A stretch of 64,000 nucleotides of DNA, from positions 1 through 64,000 of the forward strand of contig JBHLNF010000004.1 of assembly GCA_048937405.1 (NCBI GenBank). The letters run 5' to 3'. Both the position numbers and the translations under genes were made by a program. Shown here one piece after another: positions 9,326 to 19,420 of this stretch (the stretch's first letter is position 1; each line of letters opens with the position of its first letter). Origin of the DNA: Promethearchaeota archaeon. Lineage in GTDB: Archaea > Asgardarchaeota > Lokiarchaeia > Sigyniarchaeales > SOKP01. The notes beneath the pieces are model-generated. The model ran no database searches, had not been told where the DNA came from, and saw only the letters and a list, made by a program, of their open reading frames with translations.

Positions 9326-9721
9326 ATGACTGTAATTAATGTTACCTTACCTTTTGGTGTTATAAAAGATATTAGTGATTATTCAAGATTTATAAATGAA
9401 ATTTTAAAATTTGATATTACCCTAAACATTCTTAAGTTTTCCACAGGAACTAATGGAATTAATCTTTTGATAGATATTCCAGAAGATAAAATAAAAACAA
9501 TAACAGAATCATTAAAGAAGAACAATATAATTGTCAATAAAAAGGGTCGAATTATCGTTGATACAGAAAAATGCATTGATTGTGGTGCCTGCATTTCATT
9601 ATGTCCTACTGATGCATTAAGCTTTGATAGCGAAAAAAGACTTAATTTTTATTATGAGCGATGTATAGGCTGTTTGTTATGTTTAGATTCCTGCCCTAGA
9701 TTTGCAATAGAAGAAATGTAA
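9326..9721 (+). CDS. NIL domain + 2x[4Fe-4S] ferredoxin (MA1822/MJ0099-type partner)
   Basis: CIDCGACISLCP and CIGCLLCLDSCP; N-terminal NIL-like region; 4 bp after the DUF39 gene. Confidence 0.88.
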   Translation: MTVINVTLPFGVIKDISDYSRFINEILKFDITLNILKFSTGTNGINLLIDIPEDKIKTITESLKKNNIIVNKKGRIIVDTEKCIDCGACISLCPTDALSFDSEKRLNFYYERCIGCLLCLDSCPRFAIEEM

Positions 9722-9839
9722 TTTTTTTATACTAAAATCAGTTTTTTATTTTTAAATTACTCTCTCATTTTTATATCTATGATATAAGCAAATTTATTTG
9801 TCTTACACTCTAATTCTAATGAAGAATATATCTATAGGA

Positions 9840-10985
9840 TTATTTTTTTTGTAATGGTAGAGAAACATAAAAAATAGTTCCCTCTTGTTTTGAGGATTTA
9901 AAATAAACTTGACCACCTAGATATCTTTCTGTAAGTAACTTCACACTGTATGTCCCTATTCCTCTTCCAGGTCCTTTTGTTGAGAAAGATCTCTGAAAAA
10001 TCTGACTCTTTACACTTTCTATCATAACAAACGAGTTCTTTACCCAAAAAACTATACTTTGATTTGAAACGTAACACCCTATAATCACATTTTTACTAGT
10101 ATTATTTGCTTCTTTTGCATTTACGAGAAGATTTAGCAATATACGGGATAATAGTCTCGAATCTGTTTGGAACATAACTGAAGCAGAATTATGATCAAGC
10201 TCAATTTCTTTTCCATTCACCTCAGTCTGATATTTCATAAGTTCCACAGTGGATTTTATAATTTCTAAAGAATTATAATTACTGAATTCAATAATAAGTT
10301 CATTTTTTTCTGCAGCTATAAGATCCCTTTGAGCTAAGAACTCTTTAGTTAAAATTTGCATAGAATATTTTATTTTACTGAAATATTCTTTTTGTGTTGT
10401 ATTTAAACCTTCAAGTGGAAAAATATCTATAAACCCTTTTATACCTGTTAATAAATTTATCAAGTCATGTAAAAAGGTAGTCTCTAATAATTCTCTACGT
10501 TTCTGATCACCAATATCCAAGAGAAAAACAATAACAAATTTTTTTCCCTTTAAACTGAATGGTTGTGCTGTTACATTCAGATCAAATGAAATTAGAGTTC
10601 CTTCAAAATTAGATGTAATTCGTGTTTCGTATGTTGTTCTTTTATTGGTTTTCAAGCTTTTAAGTACCGCATTTACAGCACCACAATAACGACAATTTTG
10701 TCCAGTACCACATCCATGAATAAAATCTTGTGAATGAATGCACTTAAATATTTCTCCCGGTCTCGATCCCATTGCATCTTCAATATTGTTAAGACCTAAT
10801 AGTTCAATAATAGTTTGATTTAAAAAAACAACTTGACGCTCTTCATTAACTATTAGAGCCATATTTGGAATTGAATTAAGAAGTTCTTCAAAATAAGATT
10901 TAAAAAATTCCTTTACTTCTTTCCTAATTTCCTCTAAGCTCTTCCTTTTTGCAGGGGCAAAATAGGTATCTAATTCTTTTTTCAT
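9840..10985 (-). CDS. Cytoplasmic PAS-domain sensor histidine kinase
   Basis: PAS region with Cys cluster (CIH...CGTGQNCRYC), H-box FLHDLIN, N-box NLLVNA, FSTKG.GRGIG G-boxes. Confidence 0.88.
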   Translation of the reverse strand: MKKELDTYFAPAKRKSLEEIRKEVKEFFKSYFEELLNSIPNMALIVNEERQVVFLNQTIIELLGLNNIEDAMGSRPGEIFKCIHSQDFIHGCGTGQNCRYCGAVNAVLKSLKTNKRTTYETRITSNFEGTLISFDLNVTAQPFSLKGKKFVIVFLLDIGDQKRRELLETTFLHDLINLLTGIKGFIDIFPLEGLNTTQKEYFSKIKYSMQILTKEFLAQRDLIAAEKNELIIEFSNYNSLEIIKSTVELMKYQTEVNGKEIELDHNSASVMFQTDSRLLSRILLNLLVNAKEANNTSKNVIIGCYVSNQSIVFWVKNSFVMIESVKSQIFQRSFSTKGPGRGIGTYSVKLLTERYLGGQVYFKSSKQEGTIFYVSLPLQKK

Positions 10986-11158
10986 AAAATCTAAGAATTA
11001 TAATGAATCATTAATAGTCCTTTTAGAATCATTAATCTAGAAAAAGAATATTATTTTAAAATATCAGTTCAGCAAAAGTTTAAATAATATTTACTTTCTA
11101 CATCGAAAAAAAAATTAATATCAGGTTAATATTAAACAGAAATCTTTTTTCTCAAAGA

Positions 11159-12172
11159 TTACTCTTTTGTTATAATTTCAAAAATCTCATCCAACCTCGG
11201 AGTTTTTCGTCTAAGTGTAATACAGCGTTCTTCTTCACACCCACGTAGAATTGCTATAAGTTCATTTAAATGTATAGTAGGAATATCTACATTTTCACCA
11301 AACCATTTAAGCATCTTCTCTCTATATTCTGGTTTACTTAGAGTATATAAACAAGTTGGACAGGGGGTAATCATAAAATCCGCTCCAGCATTTTGAGCGC
11401 TTATAAGTTTATTAGCTGTTATTTTTAGCGCCTCACGAGGATTTATTATGAGTTGTGAAGCCCCCCAGCCACAACAACTCTCCCTTTCTTTATAATCGAC
11501 GGGAATACCACCAAAAAGAGAAACTAATTCGTCTAATTTGGTTTTATCTCTAACATATTCTTCTACATTTCTTTTATCTCGTGATAAATTTAAATAATGA
11601 CAACCATAATGAATAGCAACATTAAGATTTTTCAAGTCAAATTTTAATGAGTTAAAAACATCGTTTCGAATTAAATATAAGAAATCCAAGTCATGGACTA
11701 ATTTCAGAGAAGTATTTTCTAGAACATCGTATTTGTTGCGATAATTTGTACCTAATCTTTTCTTTTTTAAACTATCAAGTATCTCTTTTGTCTTTTTCCT
11801 TACTTCGGGTATTTTTAAGAATTCCCGTCCTCTTAGAAGGCTGTTATAACAACCATTACAACTAAAAAGTACAATATCTGCTAAATGATTCATCTCATTT
11901 AAATTCCTCTCATTAATTGCCGCAAATTGCGCTCTCGTTATTAAATTTCTTTGAAAAAAAGTACCAGAGCAACATGATTGATTCGCGCACATTGTTACAT
12001 TTAATTGTAATTCCTCTAGGAGATCTTGAATACCCCATCTAACACCTGGAAAATATTTTTCTAAACAAGCCTTAAAAAGGCAAATTTTTTTGTTTTTAAA
12101 AAAATCTAAAGGATTTTCAGAGAAATCTTTTTCAATTTTATGTAAATCGAGTGTTAGATCTATTGAATCCAT
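11159..12172 (-). CDS. hdrB: Heterodisulfide reductase subunit B-like (two CCG domains)
   Basis: FKAC, SCCSG, CNGC, HYGCH, CCGWG, CPTC: all ten CCG-domain cysteines. Confidence 0.85.
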   Translation of the reverse strand: MDSIDLTLDLHKIEKDFSENPLDFFKNKKICLFKACLEKYFPGVRWGIQDLLEELQLNVTMCANQSCCSGTFFQRNLITRAQFAAINERNLNEMNHLADIVLFSCNGCYNSLLRGREFLKIPEVRKKTKEILDSLKKKRLGTNYRNKYDVLENTSLKLVHDLDFLYLIRNDVFNSLKFDLKNLNVAIHYGCHYLNLSRDKRNVEEYVRDKTKLDELVSLFGGIPVDYKERESCCGWGASQLIINPREALKITANKLISAQNAGADFMITPCPTCLYTLSKPEYREKMLKWFGENVDIPTIHLNELIAILRGCEEERCITLRRKTPRLDEIFEIITKE

Positions 12173-12183
12173 TATTCTGATAT

Positions 12184-12705
12184 TTAATTATTACTTCTTT
12201 TTTTTTTATTCTTTTTTTTACTTGCGTTAAATACATACTTTATACGAGCAAAATTACAGATTTCATTTAACTCTTCCATACGATCAGGGGGTAACCCACC
12301 ATCTAATGGATCTTCTAAGACTGTACCGTTAGTTAAAAATTTTTCTGCCATCTCCTCGTATTTTCTAAGATCATTATAACGAGGTCCGAAACCTTTTTTA
12401 AAACTTTCATTTCTTAAATTAATAATTAGTAATGGTATATTAATATTGTCTTTCGGACATACACGTTTACATCGTTCACACAAGAAGCAATACCAGATAT
12501 CAGAGTCTTTTAAAACACTCCTATCTCCCCTAAGAACTTTTTGAATAATTTTTCGGATATTAAAATTGGAAACTTTTGAAGCTGGACAATCTCCAACACA
12601 TTTACCGCAGGATATACATTGAATAATATTTTTATTTTCGTTTACATCTTCTACAAGTTCTTTAAAAAAATCCCAATTCCAGTCTGAATCACTATATTCA
12701 ACCAT
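12184..12705 (-). CDS. hdrC: Heterodisulfide reductase subunit C-like
   Basis: CISCGKCVGDCP and IWYCFLCERCKRVCP; directly upstream of hdrB. Confidence 0.85.
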   Translation of the reverse strand: MVEYSDSDWNWDFFKELVEDVNENKNIIQCISCGKCVGDCPASKVSNFNIRKIIQKVLRGDRSVLKDSDIWYCFLCERCKRVCPKDNINIPLLIINLRNESFKKGFGPRYNDLRKYEEMAEKFLTNGTVLEDPLDGGLPPDRMEELNEICNFARIKYVFNASKKKNKKKRSNN

Positions 12706-12886
12706 GATTTCGTTATTTTATAGCTTTTTTTTCCATATCTCCTTTCTCTAAGTGAGAATCAATGTTTAATACATAAAAAATTATTGGATTTCTAAAAATA
12801 ATTTAAACTAGACAATATCTTTAAATCTAAAAATTTACATACTATATAATAGACAAATATATTGTTTTTTAAGACAAAGATTTTTC

Positions 12887-13579
12887 ATGGTCCAATTAAA
12901 AGATGGTAATATCTGTTTTAAGCTAACTTATTATGGGATGGCGGGAAGTGGAAAGACTACGATACTCGAAACGCTATATAAGTTGACTAAAGATGGTAAT
13001 AGAGAAATTATTCCTGTGAGTAATTTACAAAAAATTGATAGAACTAGTGGAGCTACGCTTTATTTTGATAGAGGAATTTTTAAATCAACAAAAACGAAGA
13101 AAGTATATTATAGGGTATACACAGTAGCAGGTCAGCGGAATTTGCATTCTCTAAGATTCAAAGTTTTTAATAAACTTGATGCCGAAACTGATGCTGTAAT
13201 TTTTGTTGTTGATTCTCAAACGAAATTTTTTGAAGATAATATAGAATTCTTATTAGAATTAAAGAATTTAACAAATAATCGGCTAATTAAAGAAATTCCG
13301 TTTATACTTATGCTTAATAAGCAGGATCTTAAAGAAGTAATTAATGATAAAGATTTTATTCAAATTTTAAAACAGGAAAGATTATGGTATGATCCCAGAC
13401 ATGAATTGTATATCTGGAATCCTTTAATTTATAAAACTTGCGCTTTATTTGATAAAGAAAGAAATATTTATCGTAGTTTTTATGAGGTTGCTCGAAGAAC
13501 TGGATTATATCATTTATATGGAGATGGAGCTGCACCAAATAATGGGAAAATTGGAAATACTTCGATATTATTACACTAA
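12887..13579 (+). CDS. MglA-like small GTPase
   Basis: KLTYYGMAGSGKTT, TLYFD, YTVAGQ (T replacing the G3 Asp as in MglA), DAVIFVVDS, NKQD. Confidence 0.85.
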   Translation: MVQLKDGNICFKLTYYGMAGSGKTTILETLYKLTKDGNREIIPVSNLQKIDRTSGATLYFDRGIFKSTKTKKVYYRVYTVAGQRNLHSLRFKVFNKLDAETDAVIFVVDSQTKFFEDNIEFLLELKNLTNNRLIKEIPFILMLNKQDLKEVINDKDFIQILKQERLWYDPRHELYIWNPLIYKTCALFDKERNIYRSFYEVARRTGLYHLYGDGAAPNNGKIGNTSILLH

Positions 13580-13609
13580 AACATACAAAAACTAACAAAA
13601 AAATTCTTC

Positions 13610-14695
13610 TTAGACAATTTCATAATCCAGAGATAAAGGGTCTTCGAATTGTTCTGTCAATAACTTCAAATGTGCTATATATTCATTTAACGAAATTGCT
13701 TGGTTTTGATATCTTTCTACTAGTCGCTCTATAATATAATTTGGACTGAACTTAATAAAACGCACATCTGAAAAAAGAAACACAAATCCTTCTGCTTCAT
13801 AAATGAATTTTTTATCTATCAATTCACTGAAAAGTTCTTCATTATTATTTAAAATAATTAAGCTCTCATTTACTGTTAAATGTCTTTCTCTAAGAGTTTT
13901 TATTAAAGAAAATACATCTTTATTGAAAAGAACTGTTTGAAGTATTGTTTTATTCTCAAACTCTGAAACAGTATAGGAATCTTGATAATATTTTTGTAAA
14001 GAATTTTTAAATTTTCTTAATAGATTTTCTTTTATTTGATGTGTAGGTAAATTTGCTGGAGGGATTCTAGTGCATGAAAGGTCTTTTATCAGAAAAAAAC
14101 ATTCATTACTTCCAGGAACAGTTTTTTTTTTAACCAAACTTTCATGTAAGAATGAAATTAATATTAGGTCAATATTTATAGTAGAAAACCCATATTCGTG
14201 TCTTAAAATGTTAGTAAGTTCTAACTTAGTTATTACTCCATTTCGTAGAATTTGTAATATTGTATATTTGATTCTATCTTGAAAAAAGTTTATTAAATTT
14301 TCCTCCTGATCTAATTTAGAATAATTTCTGATAGTATTATATGCTTCAGATATTGTACGAGTTATTTTATTAGTATTAATCAACTCAACTAAATTTTTAC
14401 TAATAAGAGCTAATATCTCAGGAGATTCTTTAATAATATCATCATGCATATCTTTTTTACTATATTCTAAAATAAGGAAATAAACTTCCCCTTTGAATTG
14501 CTGTATAACCGATACATAACTAGTATTTTCATCCTCAGGTGTTAATTCAATGACAAAATTTTCTTTATTTAATTCGTGTTTCGCCCAAATCTTTAAGAAG
14601 AGGTCTTTTGGGGGGAAAGATTTCTCAGGTGGAAATTGTAGAATAGGTTCTGGACCTGTAGAGGTGGACCAGTGTGTTAAAATTATTCTTTCCAT
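13610..14695 (-). CDS. Longin/uDENN-like domain protein with C-terminal winged-helix-like regions
   Basis: N-terminus IILTHWSTSTGPEPILQFP matches the hhhxx(F/W)xxxxGPxxxxxxP start of longin/uDENN proteins; later helical repeats. Confidence 0.55.
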   Translation of the reverse strand: MERIILTHWSTSTGPEPILQFPPEKSFPPKDLFLKIWAKHELNKENFVIELTPEDENTSYVSVIQQFKGEVYFLILEYSKKDMHDDIIKESPEILALISKNLVELINTNKITRTISEAYNTIRNYSKLDQEENLINFFQDRIKYTILQILRNGVITKLELTNILRHEYGFSTINIDLILISFLHESLVKKKTVPGSNECFFLIKDLSCTRIPPANLPTHQIKENLLRKFKNSLQKYYQDSYTVSEFENKTILQTVLFNKDVFSLIKTLRERHLTVNESLIILNNNEELFSELIDKKFIYEAEGFVFLFSDVRFIKFSPNYIIERLVERYQNQAISLNEYIAHLKLLTEQFEDPLSLDYEIV

Positions 14696-15039
14696 GATTA
14701 AGTGACTATATTTAGAAATTAATGATTAATTATCTATTAATTAAATTATTTTACAGTTACAATAGTTTTATCTCTTTTTAATAATGAGTTTCAGTATTAT
14801 AATAATTTTTCTTTTTCAAACAATGTTTTCAGTTTTATTAGTATCTTTAATCTTATTAAATTCATATTATAACAATTAAGGCGATAGAAAAAAAATCAAA
14901 ATTAATTTCAAAAGAAGTTAATAAGATTGTTGAATTTTGGATGATTCAAACAAAATAATTTTTTTAAAATTGCCTTAAACTTTTAATTTTTGGCATTTCA
15001 TAAATTAGAAAAAGGAGTAAATTAAACTCTTTGATTTAT

Positions 15040-15294
15040 TTAGAAAAATTCAGGATAAGTTGATTCAATCTTATTTAATGTCATGGCTAATAGATTTAGA
15101 AGCTCTTCACTGTTATTAGTTTTGATCCCATCGATTACTTGATCTAAAATTTGATTAGCAATTGTGATATCTTCTCGAGTATATTTTTCTTTCTTTTCTT
15201 TAAATAGTTGGTCAAATTCTTCAATTAACCACTCTAATTCATCTCTTAAGTTATCTTCTATTATTTTTTCATAATCTTGTGGGCTAACTGTCAT
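15040..15294 (-). CDS. Small acidic helical hypothetical protein
   Basis: 84-aa ORF, AGAGGA ribosome-binding site upstream. Confidence 0.7.
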   Translation of the reverse strand: MTVSPQDYEKIIEDNLRDELEWLIEEFDQLFKEKKEKYTREDITIANQILDQVIDGIKTNNSEELLNLLAMTLNKIESTYPEFF

Positions 15295-15565
15295 ATTATT
15301 TCCTCTTTTTTTTATATTTTATAAATCTATTACCTAGCTTTGTAATATTAATTTGAATTTTTAAATGAAGGTAAAACGAAGAATTTATATACTATTGTTA
15401 CGAACAAATTATGATTTGTACACAAAAAGAGTTTTTTTTTTACAAAATTAGCTAACAATTTTAAGATAAATAGAAGATCATAATTATCAATATATCAGAT
15501 CCTGCTATGAACTATTCCAAAAAAAAGAGGAAACTCAATATTTTCAAAGTTAAGTCAGAAGATTT

Positions 15566-15739
15566 TTAATTATCCATTTTGTTAAAGAAATACCTTGTAA
15601 ATATCTTTGAAAGCCCATAAATGGATTGAAGGTTACTTGTATTTATTGCTTTATTGAGTTCTTTGTAAAATTCTGTCATATTCAATTCTAAATTTCTGTC
15701 AAAATCAAATTTTTTTAAATTTTTTTCATTTTCATCCAT
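15566..15739 (-). CDS. Possible small hypothetical protein (57 aa), not in the ORF track
   Basis: Manual translation MDENEKNLKKFDFDRNLELNMTEFYKELNKAINTSNLQSIYGLSKIFTRYFFNKMDN; fills a gap between co-oriented genes; no motif. Confidence 0.4.
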   Translation of the reverse strand: MDENEKNLKKFDFDRNLELNMTEFYKELNKAINTSNLQSIYGLSKIFTRYFFNKMDN

Positions 15740-15862
15740 ACGCTATTTTAAACTGAGTTAAATTAAAAAAAGAAATAATATCACAATAATATTTTTCAAA
15801 TTTGTCTTAGTTGGAAATTTTTATAGAAAAATAATATAAATAATAATTTAGGATTAGAGTAC

Positions 15863-16675
15863 TCAATCTTTTTGCTGTTTCTTCTTTTCATAATATTTAC
15901 CAAAAAGGAAATATACAACGAATATTGTACCCAAAACTGCAACTATAATTAAAAAGATCAAATTAAATAAAGCAGATTGTGCTTCAATATTAGGATTCGA
16001 AGGATCAATTCCAAAAAGAGAACCTAGCCAAGCAAAAAAGAATGCACGAGGTATAGCACCGATTAGTGTACCCAATGTATATTTTTTTACATCCATTTCA
16101 ACAATCCCAGATGCATAACTAATTGGATCAAATGCGATAAATGGAAGCGTTCTTGAGATTAGTATTGCCCATATACCATATTTTTCAATAAAATCATCAG
16201 CCATATTTATTGCTTTTTTTCCAACAAATTTTTCTGCGAGGGGACGACCTCCTTTTCTGCTAATATAAAAACATAATAATCCTGCTGCCAACGAGCCAAT
16301 GATACCCATTATCCCTCCATATAAAATATCCCAAATCATTCCAGTAGCTAAAAGAACGATTTCGCTAGGGATAGGAATAATTAAACCTTGAATTGCCATT
16401 ACACCGATGAAAAATAGAATTCCAAAAAATCCTAGGGCTTGAATAGGGTTAACAAAAAAATTGACTACTATTGAATATAGAAAGGTGGGGTCGATGAAAT
16501 AGTTGTAAATTACTAAAAATAATGAAAGAATGATTAAAATTATAAATATAATAATGAATATTAACGTTTTTGTATCATAATGCGAAAAATCCAATAAATT
16601 CTTGAAATATTGTTTCAGTTTTGTTGAAAAGGAGAGTTTCTCATTTTGTTGATTACTATTATCATCTTTTTCCAT
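15863..16675 (-). CDS. TVP38/TMEM64 (DedA/VTT) family membrane protein
   Basis: QGLIIPIPSE, GGRPL, SRTLPFIAFDPISYASG, GAIPR; ATG at 16675 preferred. Confidence 0.9.
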   Translation of the reverse strand: MEKDDNSNQQNEKLSFSTKLKQYFKNLLDFSHYDTKTLIFIIIFIILIILSLFLVIYNYFIDPTFLYSIVVNFFVNPIQALGFFGILFFIGVMAIQGLIIPIPSEIVLLATGMIWDILYGGIMGIIGSLAAGLLCFYISRKGGRPLAEKFVGKKAINMADDFIEKYGIWAILISRTLPFIAFDPISYASGIVEMDVKKYTLGTLIGAIPRAFFFAWLGSLFGIDPSNPNIEAQSALFNLIFLIIVAVLGTIFVVYFLFGKYYEKKKQQKD

Positions 16676-16783
16676 ACAAATCAAAATCTTGGTAAATATT
16701 AAGTAATATTAGTAATTTTGATTTCTATAAAAACTATTATTTTCAACGATTCTTGTGAAATTGAATAGACATTTATTTTAAAA

Positions 16784-17509
16784 ATGAAACCCTACATTTT
16801 TGCCCATCGAGGAGCTTCAGGATATAAAATTGAAAATACAATGGCTTCTTTCAAAAAGGCAATAAGTATGGGGGCAGGAATAGAAACAGATATTAGAGCA
16901 ACTAAAGATAAAAAATTAATTTGTTTTCACGATCCATACTTTAAAATAGATAACAAATACTACTCTATTAACAAATTTAAATTTGAAGAAATAAAAAAAA
17001 TCAAATTTTCAGACGGAAGAGTAATTCCGTTGGTTCAGGAAGTCTTTCAAGCATTTAAAAATAACTCAAATAATATAAGGTTTAGTTTTGATATTGCAAA
17101 TAAAGAAGTAGGGTTTAGTCTTTTAAATGTAGCAAAAGAATACTCTCTCCTGAATAGAATAGAAATAACAGACCGTAGATTAAAAGTATTATCTCACCTT
17201 AGAAAAAAAAATAATAAAGTCAAGCTTATATACACATTAACAGCAGATATTAATAATATTCAATGTGAAGCTCAGAATTTTAAAAAATTAAAAGAATTAA
17301 ATATTAGTATAATTAACCTAAAATTTACAAGAAACATTGAAGATTTATTTAAAATTGTAGTTGAAAATGATTTTAATTGTTATGTCTGGGGTGTAAATAC
17401 GAAGTTGGGAATGAAGAAAGTTCTAAAATTAAATGCTTATAAAAAAAAAGTAGCTGCAATTTATACGGATTATCCTGACAAACTTTTTAATTTGATAATT
17501 AAAGAATAA
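16784..17509 (+). CDS. Glycerophosphodiester phosphodiesterase
   Basis: AHRGAS..ENT, IETDI.ATKD, FHD, WGVN, IYTDYP. Confidence 0.9.
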   Translation: MKPYIFAHRGASGYKIENTMASFKKAISMGAGIETDIRATKDKKLICFHDPYFKIDNKYYSINKFKFEEIKKIKFSDGRVIPLVQEVFQAFKNNSNNIRFSFDIANKEVGFSLLNVAKEYSLLNRIEITDRRLKVLSHLRKKNNKVKLIYTLTADINNIQCEAQNFKKLKELNISIINLKFTRNIEDLFKIVVENDFNCYVWGVNTKLGMKKVLKLNAYKKKVAAIYTDYPDKLFNLIIKE

Positions 17510-17573
17510 TTAATATAAAAATAATGAGTTTTATATAAAAAAGGCTTAATATAATTAAAAAAAAGATTGCATT

Positions 17574-18227
17574 ATGAAAGAAGTTTATAAAGATGTATAT
17601 CATGTTGGAGATGTTGGTTGTTCTGTATATTTAGTTAATTCTCAGAGTGAGGATGGTCTTATCCTAATTGATTGTGGGATGAGTTTAGATTTATTAAAAA
17701 GAATTAGTATACTTGGATTAAATGCTATGGATATAAAACATTGTATTATTACGCATTTTCATATCGATCATATCGGAGCTTGTTCAGATCTTAAAAAATA
17801 TAATAAAAAAGTAAAGTTTTACGCTCATGAATTAGATGCTTATGCAATAGAAGAAGAAGGGCACGACAATGAAACTGTTGCAGGATGGTATGGAGTATAC
17901 TATAAACCTGTTAAGCTTGAAAAAAGATTGAAAGGAGATTTTAAACTATTGAAATTTGGAATTTATGATTTTCAATGTTTCCATACTCCTGGTCATACTC
18001 CCGGATCTATCTCTATTTTACTTGAAACAGAAGATAAGAAAAAAAAAATATTATTTGGTCAAGATTTGCATGGTCCTATAATTCCTGGTGTGAGTGATTA
18101 CCAAGATTATCAAAATTCCTTAAAAAAATTATTAGATTTGAAGGCAGATATTTTATGTGAGGGGCATTTTGGAATATTTCAACCTTCAAGCGAAGTTCAG
18201 AGATACATCAGACAATATATTAAATAA
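17574..18227 (+). CDS. MBL-fold hydrolase (glyoxalase II-like)
   Basis: THFHIDHIG, HTPGHTPG, GQD, CEGHFG. Confidence 0.88.
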   Translation: MKEVYKDVYHVGDVGCSVYLVNSQSEDGLILIDCGMSLDLLKRISILGLNAMDIKHCIITHFHIDHIGACSDLKKYNKKVKFYAHELDAYAIEEEGHDNETVAGWYGVYYKPVKLEKRLKGDFKLLKFGIYDFQCFHTPGHTPGSISILLETEDKKKKILFGQDLHGPIIPGVSDYQDYQNSLKKLLDLKADILCEGHFGIFQPSSEVQRYIRQYIK

Positions 18228-18282
18228 CAATACCACTAGCAGTACCTGTAATGACGGCAACTTTGCCCTTAAAATTTTTCAT
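18220..18282 (-). pseudogene. Truncated 5' stub of a short-chain dehydrogenase (SDR) gene
   Basis: Manual translation MKNFKGKVAVITGTASGIVI*: the SDR Rossmann start (TGxxxGIG) is broken at the last Gly where it meets the 3' end of the convergent MBL gene. Confidence 0.75.
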
Positions 18283-18479
18283 ATATATTTAAGCCCTCTT
18301 AATTTGTAAAATTAGTACTATCATAAGAATTGATAAAACGATATTTAATATTTATCATGTGTGCTTCAAGCTTTGATTGTTTTACTATTACCTAATTATA
18401 TAATATAATGATATGATGATAATATAAAAAACTCAGAAATAATTATCTAGAATAACTGATATTTTTAGATTCGATATTT

Positions 18480-19265
18480 ATGAATGATATAGATAGAACC
18501 AAAATCCTTTCTAAATATAATCATATTTTCAAAAACGAAGTATCTTATTATAGTAAAAATAAACCACAATCAGGAAAAATTCAGAACTTAGAAGAGGAGA
18601 GCTTTTTTAGATTAGCTAATTTAAAGTTTAAAAATCTAATTGGAAATGTTAAGGGAAAGAAGATTTTAGATGTCGGATGTGGAAGAGGTGATCTTACTTT
18701 ATATCTTGCTCAAAGAGGAGCTTTTATGACAGGTATCGATCTTTCAAAAAATTATATCGATTTATGTAAAATAAGGAGCAAGGAAAATAATCTTAATATA
18801 GATTTTATGGTCATGAATGCCCAAGTTCCCGACTTTGAAGATAATACATTTGATATAATTGTTGGATCAAGGATCATTCATCATTTACCAGACTTAGACC
18901 TATTTTATCGAGAATGTAAACGATTGCTAAAGAAAAAAGGATTTATTTCCTTTATAGAACCATTAAAAAAAAATCCCATAGTAGAACTAAATAGAAAATT
19001 TTTTGCCCCAAAAAGCAGAACTAAATACGAACATCCCTTATTCATGAAAGATGTATTAAGAATACAAAAAATTTTTGGAAATTTAGATCATTATGAATAT
19101 TATCTATTATCTCCATTAGCTATGTTCTTCAAGAATTTTTTGAGAAAACCCATTCTTTATAAATTGCTATATAAGTTATTAAAGAAAATAGAATCCCCAT
19201 TATATAGTATAAATTATTTAAAGCAGTACTGTTGGCAGATAGTTTTTAAGTGTGTAAATAATTAA
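18480..19265 (+). CDS. Class I SAM-dependent methyltransferase
   Basis: ILDVGCGRG, GIDLS, FDII, IIHH. Confidence 0.9.
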   Translation: MNDIDRTKILSKYNHIFKNEVSYYSKNKPQSGKIQNLEEESFFRLANLKFKNLIGNVKGKKILDVGCGRGDLTLYLAQRGAFMTGIDLSKNYIDLCKIRSKENNLNIDFMVMNAQVPDFEDNTFDIIVGSRIIHHLPDLDLFYRECKRLLKKKGFISFIEPLKKNPIVELNRKFFAPKSRTKYEHPLFMKDVLRIQKIFGNLDHYEYYLLSPLAMFFKNFLRKPILYKLLYKLLKKIESPLYSINYLKQYCWQIVFKCVNN

Positions 19266-19420
19266 TTCAATTTTTAAGACTCTTCTTTTTCGTCTTTACC
19301 AAAGATACAAATTAATACTTCACATTCATCATCAAATATTTTATTCTTAAATTCTAAAAAATCAGCTTATAATTGGTTATAATTAATTTTATCTTTTTTA
19401 TAATATTTAAAAAATATAAG

